64,000 bases of DNA. It comes from a virus. The notes under the pieces are model-generated. The model did not search any database and was not told the origin of the DNA. It saw only the letters and a list, made by a program, of their open reading frames with translations. Positions 26,669-37,434 of the stretch are shown one piece after another. A program made the translations under genes and the position numbers. Position 1 is the stretch's first letter; each line of letters begins with the position of its first letter. Location: IMG/VR virus record IMGVR_UViG_3300027754_000067, positions 22,543 through 86,542 of that record, one strand, 5' to 3'.

Positions 26669-28522
26669 ATGAACCAACAACTTCTCAAAATAATAATCAA
26701 ACAAACACTTTTAACCGAAGCTCCTATTGATGTTTGGTTAAATGGAAAAGCAAAAAGGGAGAAGAATCCAGTTTCGAGAGAAGAGGTTGAGGCAATTTTT
26801 AATGATTTTGAGACTTTCAAACCTTACTTTGTTTTGCCAGATGCGACTCAGTATACGTTATCAGAATTAAAATTTTCTGTTTCTGCCGCAAAGTTTTTGA
26901 AAGAAAATGGGATTAAAGCAGAGAAAGGTAAGCCAATCGTCAGTTGGTTTCTTGGACAAATTAGGAAAGTAAAAGATATTTCTTGGCAATACATCAAAGA
27001 AGACTATCTTCCTTTGTTAAAATCTTATGTGAAAAACATTTCATTAATGAAGCCAATTTCTGAATATTCAGAAATTTCTGAATTGCATAAAGACATTGAT
27101 GCGAAACAAGTTGGTGTTTATAAACCGGCAACAGAATCGGAGAAAGATATTTTTTTCCGATCTAATGGCTGGAGTGTTGCGATGCCTCAAACCACTGAAG
27201 CCAGTTGTGATTTGGGTGCTGGCACAACTTGGTGCACGGCAAGAAAAGGCGAAGAGGAACAAAATCTATTTCTTAGTTATGTTGGAAGGGGAGATCAGGA
27301 TATTATTCTTTTTTACGTGATGAAAGACGGTGCTGACCCTAAAACAGATCGTTGGAGCAGGCTTTCTGTTGGTTTTATAAATGGTGAACCTGCTTTTGAT
27401 CAAGGCGCTGGCAACATATCAGTTAATGCAGCAAATGATAACTTGACTGAAGATAAATTCAATCAGCTGCTAGGTGAAAATGTTGCTGCTTTATTTTTGA
27501 AAAAAATGATGGAGAAAGCTGAAACAATTTCTGGTAAACATCCTGCCAAAAAGGAATTAGAAGAGATAGCTTTAAATGTTAATAAATTCAAACAAAAAAT
27601 GGCTTCTTTTCGCAATGAATATTATCGTTTAGATTTCATAGACAACATATTAACCACGGATAATGTTTCGCCAGAAATATTTCATTTATTAGCCGATGAT
27701 AAAAGTGAAGATGTAATACGTAGTGTTTCCAGGAATACAAAGACCCCACCGGAAGTTTTAAATAAAATATCTAACAGTACGCAGAATGTTTATATTATTA
27801 GAAACATATGTAGAAACCCAAATGCACCTGAAGAAGTATTGAAAAAATTTGCTTTAAATGATGATAAAGATATCAGGTACAGCGCTTCATTAAATACCAT
27901 GATTACTCCTGCTGTATTAGAAATACTGAGTAGAGATACTAGTATTAAAATTCGTATCAATGTGGCCAATAATATAAAAATAACTCCATCAATAATTGAT
28001 ACTCTTTCGAAAGATGAAGAACCTCTCGTTGTAGTTAACCTTGCTAAAAACACAAAATTATCAGAAGAAAAACTAATTGAGTTAGCTAATCACAGGAATG
28101 AATTTGTTAAAGACGCTGTCGCCCATAATCCTAATTTACCACCGGAGGCTTTGAGAATTCTTGCCGGGTCCGAAAAAATGGACATACGAGAACTGGTTGC
28201 GGGAAATGACAAGACCCCACCAGACGCATTGGCACTTCTAGCAAAAGATTATACTACCATTAGCAAAAATAGCGGTTTTGTAAATAAAAAAATAGCCATG
28301 AATCCTCATACACCAACAGAAACATTGCTGCTTTTTGCTAAAGGCGCAGAAGCTGCGGTTAGAGGTGTTTTATTTTATAATGATAAATTAACAAAGGAAG
28401 TTTTGGAAGTCCTAGCGAATGATGAAGATTACTATATTTCAGATAGAGCGATCAAAGCATTAGAAAAAATTAAGTCCCGACCGTTAACTGAATCAATAAA
28501 ATTATATAAAATATTATATTGA
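26669..28522 (+). CDS. tagged protein with ASC..G.GT.WC domain and HEAT/LRV-like repeats
   Basis: Repeated (A/S).N..TP.E.L..LA.D units. Confidence 0.8.
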   Translation: MNQQLLKIIIKQTLLTEAPIDVWLNGKAKREKNPVSREEVEAIFNDFETFKPYFVLPDATQYTLSELKFSVSAAKFLKENGIKAEKGKPIVSWFLGQIRKVKDISWQYIKEDYLPLLKSYVKNISLMKPISEYSEISELHKDIDAKQVGVYKPATESEKDIFFRSNGWSVAMPQTTEASCDLGAGTTWCTARKGEEEQNLFLSYVGRGDQDIILFYVMKDGADPKTDRWSRLSVGFINGEPAFDQGAGNISVNAANDNLTEDKFNQLLGENVAALFLKKMMEKAETISGKHPAKKELEEIALNVNKFKQKMASFRNEYYRLDFIDNILTTDNVSPEIFHLLADDKSEDVIRSVSRNTKTPPEVLNKISNSTQNVYIIRNICRNPNAPEEVLKKFALNDDKDIRYSASLNTMITPAVLEILSRDTSIKIRINVANNIKITPSIIDTLSKDEEPLVVVNLAKNTKLSEEKLIELANHRNEFVKDAVAHNPNLPPEALRILAGSEKMDIRELVAGNDKTPPDALALLAKDYTTISKNSGFVNKKIAMNPHTPTETLLLFAKGAEAAVRGVLFYNDKLTKEVLEVLANDEDYYISDRAIKALEKIKSRPLTESIKLYKILY

Positions 28523-28552
28523 TATTCCTGGTATAATTTCTATTTAATCATC

Positions 28553-29434
28553 ATGAGTAATTTGAAATTATATAATATTTTATACGAGAACGGTGATCTA
28601 GTTGATGAAATGGCGATTCAGCAGTTTAAAACTGTTGGAGATTGGTCAAAAAGATCATCCTTTTCTCACCCAGTTGACAGAGCATTATTAACATCGCCAA
28701 AAGCGGTAGAGAAAATAAAACGTCAATGGGAAAATACGCCATATGATTTTGATTTATATTTTGTTAATGATAAAAGAGTTAATAATCCAGCATTTAGAGA
28801 AGTAGGTTACAAACATTTAGATTTTGTAAGAAATATACTGCAAATCACACCAGAAGAGATACCAGACCCGTCAGATGACAGAATAACAATTATATATACT
28901 GGTAATTTTGGTGATGAAAGATATATGGCAAGTGGCTGGATTTTGGCACATCGTTTTGGACATGCGATTTCAAGAAGCGATAATTCAACGGTTGGCGACT
29001 TATGGCGTAAATTTATAAAAAATCTAGCTGATATTTTTAAAGATATTTTATCAAAAGTTTACAATATCGAAGTTGATCTTAACATGCGTGGCAATTATTC
29101 TCAAATAAATAAAAATCAGAAGATATTAAAATTTGCCGCTCAGCAAATTGGGACTATGAAAAGTGCTAGAGAAAATAATTTACGTAATTGGTATGAATTT
29201 GCCTATGAATTATTAGCTCAATACTTAATTTCAGGTAAAATAAAGTTTAATCCATTACCAAAATCAATTATTATTGGATTTGGTCCTTATGGCAGAAAAG
29301 AAATGAGATATACTAAATCTGAAGAATCTCGTCAGGAGATAAACTCCAGTGAATTAGATTACTATGCTTCGACTATTGAATATCAGCTGGAAGATATCCT
29401 TGGAGCATGTTTGAATAAGATATTTGTGATGTGA
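28553..29434 (+). CDS. tagged protein with HxxxH metal motif
   Basis: KLYNILYE; AHRFGHA...EFAYELLAQ. Confidence 0.75.
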   Translation: MSNLKLYNILYENGDLVDEMAIQQFKTVGDWSKRSSFSHPVDRALLTSPKAVEKIKRQWENTPYDFDLYFVNDKRVNNPAFREVGYKHLDFVRNILQITPEEIPDPSDDRITIIYTGNFGDERYMASGWILAHRFGHAISRSDNSTVGDLWRKFIKNLADIFKDILSKVYNIEVDLNMRGNYSQINKNQKILKFAAQQIGTMKSARENNLRNWYEFAYELLAQYLISGKIKFNPLPKSIIIGFGPYGRKEMRYTKSEESRQEINSSELDYYASTIEYQLEDILGACLNKIFVM

Positions 29435-29437
29435 TTC

Positions 29438-30265
29438 ATGATTAAACTATATAACATATTATTTGAATCTTGTGTGGGTCTAGTGGAAGAAATTACTGAT
29501 TCACAGCGGGAGCAAATGAAAAGATTAAAACCGGACGATAAGATTACGGTTTTTCATGGCACTCCACTTTTTCGTTTGCCGCATTTGATTAATGGATTTG
29601 ATTCTACTCAGGAGCATAAAAGAGATTATCGTGGTGGGGCTCATCGTGGTTTGTTTGTGACTCTTGATTGGGAAATGGCTAAACGCTTTGGTGGAGGGGC
29701 CATATTAGAGCTAGAAGTTAAAGCAAAAAACATTCACGGCACTGATTATGGAGGTAATATTGGTCGAGAACAGCAAATGAGCGATAAAACCGAAGAGTTT
29801 ATAAAAGGAGAACATCCAGAAAGCTTTCGCCCATACCTGAATTATACAATGCTTCAAAAAGGAGAACCACAAGGTTTATTGATTGGTGTTGTTGGCCCAA
29901 ATCAAATTAAACGTGTTTGGGTCCGTGAAGGGAATGATTGGAAAGATTATACACGTGAAGAGTATTTGAAAAAAGAGTCCGTGTATAATGTAGAATTTGG
30001 CAAAGAAAAACGTTTTAAAGAAGCCGGTATTGATTTATCAAGCCCAAAAATAAAATTAGATGAGTTTTTGAAAGCTTATGCCGTTGCTAATAATCGTGCC
30101 GGTGAAGAAGACAGTCTGAAACAATATTTGTTACGTTATGCTCGCCGTGATTTGGATGATCTACGGATTAGATTAGGTGATATGAGTATTGGCGGGAGCA
30201 ATCTTGGTAAATTGGCATTAGAAAATATCATTCGTCAGCTTAAAAATGAGGCTGAGAAGCCATGA
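29438..30265 (+). CDS. tagged protein, putative ADP-ribosyltransferase fold
   Basis: KLYNILFE; VFHGT...GLFVT...A.RFGG..ILELEV. Confidence 0.5.
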   Translation: MIKLYNILFESCVGLVEEITDSQREQMKRLKPDDKITVFHGTPLFRLPHLINGFDSTQEHKRDYRGGAHRGLFVTLDWEMAKRFGGGAILELEVKAKNIHGTDYGGNIGREQQMSDKTEEFIKGEHPESFRPYLNYTMLQKGEPQGLLIGVVGPNQIKRVWVREGNDWKDYTREEYLKKESVYNVEFGKEKRFKEAGIDLSSPKIKLDEFLKAYAVANNRAGEEDSLKQYLLRYARRDLDDLRIRLGDMSIGGSNLGKLALENIIRQLKNEAEKP

Positions 30266-31293
30266 AATTATTTGAAATACTTTTTGAAGAAAATAGCATT
30301 GTAAAAAAGCTACATGGAAGCAATTTTTTATATCGATTAAAAGAATATGAAAAATTAAATGATGATGGATTGCCACAATATGCCGTTAATTATTCGGAAT
30401 TTAATAAATGGGGTGTAAACCCCAGTGCAGGTTATTTTCCAAAAGGAATATATTTTTATTATTTGCACCCTAAATGCAGGGAACGTGCCGGAACGGGAAC
30501 TGGATTTGCCACTAACAGGACATGGGTGAACATAGCTAAACTGAATTTAGATCGGTTTATAGTATTAGATCCAGGAAAACCTAAAAATTTTGGTAAAGAA
30601 AGTCTTGATGCAGCAATTAGTAAGCTAAAATCAAAGTATAAAGATTTAGTAGGTACTGGTGACAGGGCAAGAAAATCTTATCGATTTGAAGACCACTATA
30701 ATGATATACCAGAATTCATTACTTTAGCTAGGATATTATCCCAGATGCAGGATGATGGTGCTGGTAGTTTTAATAAACTTTTACACGATGCTGGATATGA
30801 TGGGATTCTAGATATGGCTGGCGTTTTTTTGCCAATTGAAAGTTGTCAGGGAGTACAAACATGGCCGGGTGCCGCTGATTATATTGAATCAATTAATACG
30901 CCATCTTCTATTAGAAGAAGCACTCCAACAGAAGACCAAAGAAGAAAAAACATATATAAGCAATTACAACATCAGAAAAATGGCGAGTTAGATTTGACCG
31001 AGGATGAATTTAGAGACATCATTGATTCATTTAAATCTGGGTTTTACTCTGGTGACACTGATAATAAATATTATTTAATGGATTTGCTTGGCGATCTTTT
31101 TGCCAAGATCAATTTCAATAGATTTGATCTTGATAATCCAGCGAATCGTGTTGCTCAGTATGTCGAAAAATATGGTTCGCAACTTTGGGATGCGTTTGAA
31201 AGAAATCCTACAACACCGAAAAATTTTTGGCAACAAAGGATAAATTCTAGTTTTGAGGATGTACGTTTGGCAGCAAAAGATAATTTACGGTGA
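30262..31293 (+). CDS. tagged hypothetical protein
   Basis: KLFEILFE; PKGIYFY...GYDGI. Confidence 0.7.
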   Translation: MKLFEILFEENSIVKKLHGSNFLYRLKEYEKLNDDGLPQYAVNYSEFNKWGVNPSAGYFPKGIYFYYLHPKCRERAGTGTGFATNRTWVNIAKLNLDRFIVLDPGKPKNFGKESLDAAISKLKSKYKDLVGTGDRARKSYRFEDHYNDIPEFITLARILSQMQDDGAGSFNKLLHDAGYDGILDMAGVFLPIESCQGVQTWPGAADYIESINTPSSIRRSTPTEDQRRKNIYKQLQHQKNGELDLTEDEFRDIIDSFKSGFYSGDTDNKYYLMDLLGDLFAKINFNRFDLDNPANRVAQYVEKYGSQLWDAFERNPTTPKNFWQQRINSSFEDVRLAAKDNLR

Positions 31294-31314
31294 CGGATAT
31301 AGCATCATTAGCTA

Positions 31315-31400
31315 TAACATGTGGCCTAAGCTAGACTTTAGAAGTCTGTACTATTCAAAGGAGATAAAGATCTAAGAGATTCGAATCTCTCCTCTTTTTT
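31315..31400 (+). pseudogene. tRNA-like relic (possible Leu TAG)
   Basis: TAGAC-TTTAGAA-GTCTG arm and AGAGA-TTCGAA-TCTCT arm; no acceptor stem found. Confidence 0.3.
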
Positions 31401-31539
31401 TGTCCTCTGTTTCATTTCCGATGGTAGTCCATCCCTAAAACAAAGCCCTTGTGAGGCTTATTGTGGGCGTTGAATGATTGGGATGGATACTTTACGGTTC
31501 GGATGATTTCGTGGCACTGCTGGGGCTCTGGGATGGGTT

Positions 31540-32355
31540 TTAGCCGGTGACGCTTTTGTAGTACTTGCGGAATAGTTTGTTAGCTTCGCTTTGCACGAAG
31601 TTATGGATATAGTCTGTATCTTTTCCGATTTCGCTGGCGGTATCGTTTAGTAGTTTTTCACCAAGATTAAGGAGACGTTCAGCGGAATAAGGTCCGGTAT
31701 ATGTATAGGCGTTAGCGGTTCCTAGATTAGCGTTTATTGCTGTTAACGAATAGCCTGTGAGCCCGCAGTCATCATCTTCTGTTGGTGTTTTTGGGCCTTC
31801 TAGTTTATCTATTTTTCTGTCTGGCCAAGTTCCTTGGGCGTCGAAGTATTTTTTTACGAATTTACCTTCGTCTTCTTCGAAACTATTGCCATGGTTATCC
31901 AGTTCGACTTTTTTCCAATCGCTGCTGTTTTCTATTCTTGTCCAAGTTTTTTTGGCGCTGTTGGATGTTGAAGAGCTTCTGTCTGAAGTGATAGGTCCAC
32001 CGGCTACTTTGGACATCAAACAATACATGAAATATCCAGCAGCTGGGAACAGTGGACTTGCGACCATGATTGAGATTGATGCTGCACCAGAGCAGCTACC
32101 GCCACTATTATCGGTATCTAGTTCGGCGTAGGCAGCGATCCATTGATCAGGAGACAAGTACCTATCGTCTCTTAATCTGGTCTTGAATGCTTGTATGTTG
32201 ACGAGAACATATTCGGAATCGCTATCGTTGATATTGATGAGAGCATATTTGGAGCCAGAGAATCTATCTGGATTTGTATCTCTGATTGGTTTTTCAACAG
32301 CAGTAGGTTCGTTTGTTGGCTCAGTTTGTTCGAACAGTATTGGATATAGCTTCAT
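31540..32355 (-). CDS. GNAT-like tagged protein, paralogue 2 of 4
   Basis: MKLYPILFEQ; same motifs as 24970. Confidence 0.7.
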   Translation of the reverse strand: MKLYPILFEQTEPTNEPTAVEKPIRDTNPDRFSGSKYALININDSDSEYVLVNIQAFKTRLRDDRYLSPDQWIAAYAELDTDNSGGSCSGAASISIMVASPLFPAAGYFMYCLMSKVAGGPITSDRSSSTSNSAKKTWTRIENSSDWKKVELDNHGNSFEEDEGKFVKKYFDAQGTWPDRKIDKLEGPKTPTEDDDCGLTGYSLTAINANLGTANAYTYTGPYSAERLLNLGEKLLNDTASEIGKDTDYIHNFVQSEANKLFRKYYKSVTG

Positions 32356-32475
32356 GAGCTATAACTAGTCGGATTAATCTGGAGCTTGTTTGTTAGACAG
32401 GAAATAATTGATCGAAACCACGGTCATAGATGTAGTTGATAATTGTAGAAATTAGTATTTCAAAAGTTTGAAAGG

Positions 32476-32883
32476 TTAAGTGTAATCTAATTGAGTGCGT
32501 TCTACTACCTGTGTTTTTTGTTCTTCTATCTGCATATATTCTTCGACGATTGAGTATGCTTTTTTTGCATCGAATTCCTTGCAACTAAATGCATCAAATT
32601 GAAATGTGCGAGTGAGTGGCCACACATGTATTGATATATGCGAACAACTTATCATACAAAAAGCACTAGTTCCACCAGAATCTGCAAAAGCCGTATAATC
32701 CAGTTTTGTTGGATCGACCTCGACGACTTTGAATATCGGACCTAAAATCACATACATTCCCAGAGACTTTACCAAAGCTTCAAACATCGCAGAAATATTT
32801 TCGTTAGAAAACGTAGAATCGTTTTTCACGAGGCCATCGATTATTAAATGTGTGCCTTTGAAGGCGGGTCTAATTTCAGACAT
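32476..32883 (-). CDS. speD: S-adenosylmethionine decarboxylase proenzyme family
   Basis: G.HLIIDG...GGTS....SHISIHVWP.....DAFSC. Confidence 0.85.
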   Translation of the reverse strand: MSEIRPAFKGTHLIIDGLVKNDSTFSNENISAMFEALVKSLGMYVILGPIFKVVEVDPTKLDYTAFADSGGTSAFCMISCSHISIHVWPLTRTFQFDAFSCKEFDAKKAYSIVEEYMQIEEQKTQVVERTQLDYT

Positions 32884-33186
32884 GCTGCACCTCCATAACT
32901 ATCATACTTGTTGTTTTGCCTTGATTTTGGAGCATGTCCCAGAAAAATTTATCCAAATAATCATGCGAGAAAACTTTTGGATCTTTTACGGTTGCGTCTA
33001 CCGTGATATGTGGTCCAGCCATTGTTTATACCTCAAGAAAATCCATAACTAGTTGGCGAAATAAATTTATTTTTCTTGAATTAATTAATAGATAATATTG
33101 TGATTGTGGCGTGTTCAATATAGCACATTATTAACGCAACTATAACATTTCTATATTTTTTATGTGACTTAATATATTTAAGAAGC

Positions 33187-34584
33187 ATGAATACAATAAG
33201 TTTATTCGGAATACTTTACGAAGGTCTTCTTAAGATTCCACCAAAATTATCTACCGAAGTAAAAAAAGATGCCGCTGGCATTATGGCCGCAAAATATTAT
33301 GTTATTGCTAAAAAAGTTTATGCTGATAGAATAGAATTAAGCAAACAAATAGTAGAAGACAAAAAACATTTTGAGTCTATCAGTGATAAGCTTGCAAAAA
33401 AAGTATCAGATTTGGGAAAAGAATTAGAAAAGATAGAAATCAAAGGTCAGGATTATGAAACATCAGTAACAAGACCTATAGAATTAGATAAATCATTACA
33501 GTTTGCGTTATATAGAAACACACTTGATCGTGATATAGTGACCAGGATTACATTAAGAACATATATGTCTTCCAATAGCGATGAACGTGCAATTGATATG
33601 AAATATTTTAACTCTTCAGGAGAAGAAATTGCAGAAGCAGAGGAAATTCATAGTTTTGAAACACATGTAAAAAATTACATAGATTATCTTGTGGATTATG
33701 ATAAAGATGTTGAAAGTATCAAGGATTACAGAGAAGAATCAGCATCACTTATTGATCATTTAGATAGTCTACGTACTTCTCAGAATCAACTAACAAACAT
33801 AATTGGCGATAGTTATGAAAAAGCTATAAATCAATGGGGATTTAACGGAACATATGGTTTGTTTTTAGATATGTTCCAAGGATGGAGTCCAGGCTCTAAA
33901 CCTATTGATTTATCTAAGGTTATAAAAAACGAAAAAGGTGATACCGTTTCTTTATATGTAAAATTTGTTTTTCAAAAAGAAAATGAAAAATTAGAAAATG
34001 CTGGCCATTATAGTGGTAGAGTCAGTGATAATTTTTATAGTATCAATATAGTGATACCATTTATACCTGATAATAATTTAAATATATATAAAATAGATGA
34101 AGTTTTGGAAGAACTAAACTCAACAATTGATCATGAACTTGGGCATTTAGTTCAAGATTTGTTGCAACATGCAAAACTGGGTTACTCAAGAAGAATGGGA
34201 AGAGAAAAATTTGGATATCCAAGCAAAAAAATATCACAAAAGACACCAGAAATAAGCCCAGAAGGAAAATGGAATGAGAGACATGAAGTGCGAGATGTTG
34301 AGTTTTATACACGTCTCGGTGATAGCAAGGTAAGAGCAGAAAAAATACTGGCTAATAAAAAACGTGATACTTTGAAGACAAAACTAGATGCTTTTAAAGC
34401 AATCGTTGGAATAAGAGATCCATATTTGCGATACTACCAGGAATTTTATAAAGATCCATGGTTTGCGGTACTTAAAAAAGAAAACCCTGGCAAATGGGCT
34501 AAGGCCGTAAAGGAGTTATATAAATCTTTAGCTGAATATTTTACTGAGCCAGTTGCAATAAAAAAAGTGTTTAAAAAACAATGA
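33187..34584 (+). CDS. tagged protein with HEXXH zincin-like motif
   Basis: LFGILYEG; DHELGHLVQ...VEFY. Confidence 0.7.
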   Translation: MNTISLFGILYEGLLKIPPKLSTEVKKDAAGIMAAKYYVIAKKVYADRIELSKQIVEDKKHFESISDKLAKKVSDLGKELEKIEIKGQDYETSVTRPIELDKSLQFALYRNTLDRDIVTRITLRTYMSSNSDERAIDMKYFNSSGEEIAEAEEIHSFETHVKNYIDYLVDYDKDVESIKDYREESASLIDHLDSLRTSQNQLTNIIGDSYEKAINQWGFNGTYGLFLDMFQGWSPGSKPIDLSKVIKNEKGDTVSLYVKFVFQKENEKLENAGHYSGRVSDNFYSINIVIPFIPDNNLNIYKIDEVLEELNSTIDHELGHLVQDLLQHAKLGYSRRMGREKFGYPSKKISQKTPEISPEGKWNERHEVRDVEFYTRLGDSKVRAEKILANKKRDTLKTKLDAFKAIVGIRDPYLRYYQEFYKDPWFAVLKKENPGKWAKAVKELYKSLAEYFTEPVAIKKVFKKQ

Positions 34585-35204
34585 AGTTAAGTAATATATT
34601 ATTTGAATCTGATGATACTGACTATCGTGGAGAGCATTCTGCACCAGGGTCTGATGATGCTCCAATGTGGGATGTAACAAAAGCAGTCTATCCTGAAGAT
34701 TTTTATTCTGCAAATGGCGCTAGATATTATGGAGACAATGCAGGCGATGCATCAGATCAAATTGTTGTAGCTTTAATTAGAAACGTTAGAAATAAACCAA
34801 GAGCACGAATAAAGATATATCGTGCAGTTCCAAAAGAACTAAGCTTACAAGAGCAAATTGATAATTTGATAGCAGAAAAGAAATATATATTAAAATATGG
34901 AAAAATACCAAAAGATGTTAAAACATCACTAGATAGAAGACTAGATATAAGTAAGTATTATGAGCATATATCGGATATGATTGATAGTTTACAGAGCCGT
35001 ATTGATGCTGGCGAAAAAGATAAAACTGGTATTGAAAAAATAAATAGTGGCGATTGGGTTACAATATATCGTCCTTATGCAAAAGAACATGGTCTGTCAT
35101 CTCTAAGAGGAAAATATAAGATATTATCTATGACAGTGCCCGCAAAAAATTTATTCACAGACGGAAATAGCATTTACGAATGGGGTTACATAGAGAACGT
35201 TTAG
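34581..35204 (+). CDS. tagged protein, possible ART-like fold
   Basis: MKLSNILFE; IYRAVP...GDWVT...YAK.HG...EWG. Confidence 0.55.
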   Translation: MKLSNILFESDDTDYRGEHSAPGSDDAPMWDVTKAVYPEDFYSANGARYYGDNAGDASDQIVVALIRNVRNKPRARIKIYRAVPKELSLQEQIDNLIAEKKYILKYGKIPKDVKTSLDRRLDISKYYEHISDMIDSLQSRIDAGEKDKTGIEKINSGDWVTIYRPYAKEHGLSSLRGKYKILSMTVPAKNLFTDGNSIYEWGYIENV

Positions 35205-35968
35205 TCATGCTCATAGCGTTGATTAAATAATTCTTCGCCGCCTTGAATTATTTCATCTACAAGATCTTGTGGGCTTTTATAAGCTTTTTCTGAAACATCT
35301 CTAATGAGAAGCCGACCTGCTTTAATCAAAGCATTGGGATCTAATGGACCAGAATACATATAGGCATTTTCCGTTCCGAGTTCGTCGATAGTGTTGCCAA
35401 TTTTAACATTTTTCATACCTTTTTTTGGTGCTGGCAATATACAATCATCCGATGGATCTGTAGTTTTAGGAGCGCTAGATATATTTGCAATTATTTTATT
35501 TGGGTGCATCCCTTCAATATCGACAAATGTTTTTTGCTGTTGCAGATAAAAATTATCAAGATCTAGCTTTTGCCAATCACCTGATTTTTCTATTTTGCTC
35601 CATGCTTTTTTTGCTAAATCTGTTGTTGAATGAACACGATCACTTGTCAAGTAAACGCCTAAATGTTTCGAACTTAATGCATAAAGTAGTGAACCTGCGC
35701 CTGGGAATTTACCACTTGCAACTACTTGTTCGATTTCTCTTGCGGGCTGACAGTTTTTCTGCGGATCTTTAATTTCAATTGCGCCAGCGCACCATTCGTC
35801 TAGTGGTATTTTGACACGATCTACAATTAACTCTTCATAAGCCTGTTGATTTACAAGTACAAATGTTGAACCATGTACAAATAGAGCAAAATCTTGATCT
35901 GAATAATTAATATATTCTTTTTTCCCATCATTTTCAAATAAAATTGGGTAAAGTTTTAGATGTTTCAT
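35201..35968 (-). CDS. GNAT-like tagged protein, paralogue 3 of 4
   Basis: KLYPILFE; GAGSLLY..LTSDR..STT..AKKAW. Confidence 0.7.
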   Translation of the reverse strand: MKHLKLYPILFENDGKKEYINYSDQDFALFVHGSTFVLVNQQAYEELIVDRVKIPLDEWCAGAIEIKDPQKNCQPAREIEQVVASGKFPGAGSLLYALSSKHLGVYLTSDRVHSTTDLAKKAWSKIEKSGDWQKLDLDNFYLQQQKTFVDIEGMHPNKIIANISSAPKTTDPSDDCILPAPKKGMKNVKIGNTIDELGTENAYMYSGPLDPNALIKAGRLLIRDVSEKAYKSPQDLVDEIIQGGEELFNQRYEHD

Positions 35969-35970
35969 GA

Positions 35971-36777
35971 TTAATATTTATAGTATTTAGAAAATAATCT
36001 ATTAGAAAATACTTGAATTTCTTCTTTTAGTTTTCCAATAGGTTGATCTATTAATTTACTAATTTCACTAAGCAATTTATTACCGTTTTCGATCAATGGA
36101 AATGGATCAAGTCCACCTGTATAAATATAAGCATCAGCTGTGCCAAGACGTTTATTTATAGTTTTCACAGTTGACCCAGATGGTAAATTGCAATCATCGC
36201 TTACTGATGTGGTTTTAGAAAATGGGCTAGCTTTCATTTCTCTTTCTGGCCAATTTCCATTGATATCAAAATATTGATATCCTTGTTTTTCTCCATAAGG
36301 GCTCAGGACTTCTGAAGAATAATTATCTAGTGGTATTTTTTGCCAATCACCGGAAGGCTCAATATATTTTGCCCATGTTGCTTTGGCGGGTTCTGAGGTT
36401 GATGATTCTCTGTCACTTGTAAGTGGTTTTCCACGATATTTTGAAAGGAAACAATACATTGCGTAACCGGCTTTTGGATACATTGGGCTGGCCACAACAT
36501 AGCTTACTTCATCAGCGCCAGAACATTCATTTTCTTTATTTGGATCAATACCAGCACTTGCCACTAACCATTTTTCTATTGCCATGAATTTAGTTTTACC
36601 ACCTACTTCTTCACGGTTTGTATAATTCGGTACATTAATAAGTATGAGATTTTTTCCTGCTCCGGTATCAACTATTGCATAATCGGGCGCAATGAATCTA
36701 CCAGGGTTTTTTTCGGCTGGTATTTCTTTAGTTGTTTGTTTTTCTTCTTGTTCAAATAATATAGAATAAAGTTTCAT
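35971..36777 (-). CDS. GNAT-like tagged protein, paralogue 4 of 4
   Basis: MKLYSILFEQ; same motifs. Confidence 0.7.
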   Translation of the reverse strand: MKLYSILFEQEEKQTTKEIPAEKNPGRFIAPDYAIVDTGAGKNLILINVPNYTNREEVGGKTKFMAIEKWLVASAGIDPNKENECSGADEVSYVVASPMYPKAGYAMYCFLSKYRGKPLTSDRESSTSEPAKATWAKYIEPSGDWQKIPLDNYSSEVLSPYGEKQGYQYFDINGNWPEREMKASPFSKTTSVSDDCNLPSGSTVKTINKRLGTADAYIYTGGLDPFPLIENGNKLLSEISKLIDQPIGKLKEEIQVFSNRLFSKYYKY

Positions 36778-36810
36778 ATGATTAAATATTTAGTTAGAAC
36801 AAGGAAAAAT

Positions 36811-37434
36811 ATGAAAAAAGATATAATGGTTATTGAGGAAGGAGCTATGGATTGGCTTCATGCTGGTTTGGATTTAGCCGGTTTAATTCCTGGTATTGGC
36901 GAACCATTTGATGCCGCAAATGCAATTTTATACGCCAAACAAGGTGATTGGATGAATGCAGCCTTATCTGCTATATCTATGGTTCCAGAAATTGGTGATC
37001 TTTTTGGTAAAGGTGGGAAAATCGTTTTATTATTAGAGAAATTAATAACCAAAGGAGGTCGTTCTGGTAAGCTTGCAGAGAAAATTTTACAGCACGCTCC
37101 ACAAATTGTAAAAACAATTACCGAAGGATTTAAAAAATATAAAAATAATAAAACTAAAATTACAGCTTTCTTAGATGGTCTCAGCCAAACCCAAAATGAA
37201 AAACTAAAAGGTCTTGCTCCCTATGCGGAAAAGATAAAACAGTCATTGAGTAAAGTAGAAAAGGCATATGATAATATTGTTAAATTATCACAGGCTGTTT
37301 CAAAAAAAGAAGAGAACCCACAAGAGCCAGAAATTGATAAAAAAGAAGCTGAAAATCTAATCAAAGAAATGGTCTTTGAAGAAAACTTAAAGACCATTAT
37401 TATCAACGAAATAAGATTACAAATTAATAGATGA
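36811..37434 (+). CDS. pre-toxin TG-like domain protein
   Basis: LDLAGLIPGIGEPFDAANAILY...GDW..AALS.IS.VP.IGD. Confidence 0.7.
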   Translation: MKKDIMVIEEGAMDWLHAGLDLAGLIPGIGEPFDAANAILYAKQGDWMNAALSAISMVPEIGDLFGKGGKIVLLLEKLITKGGRSGKLAEKILQHAPQIVKTITEGFKKYKNNKTKITAFLDGLSQTQNEKLKGLAPYAEKIKQSLSKVEKAYDNIVKLSQAVSKKEENPQEPEIDKKEAENLIKEMVFEENLKTIIINEIRLQINR

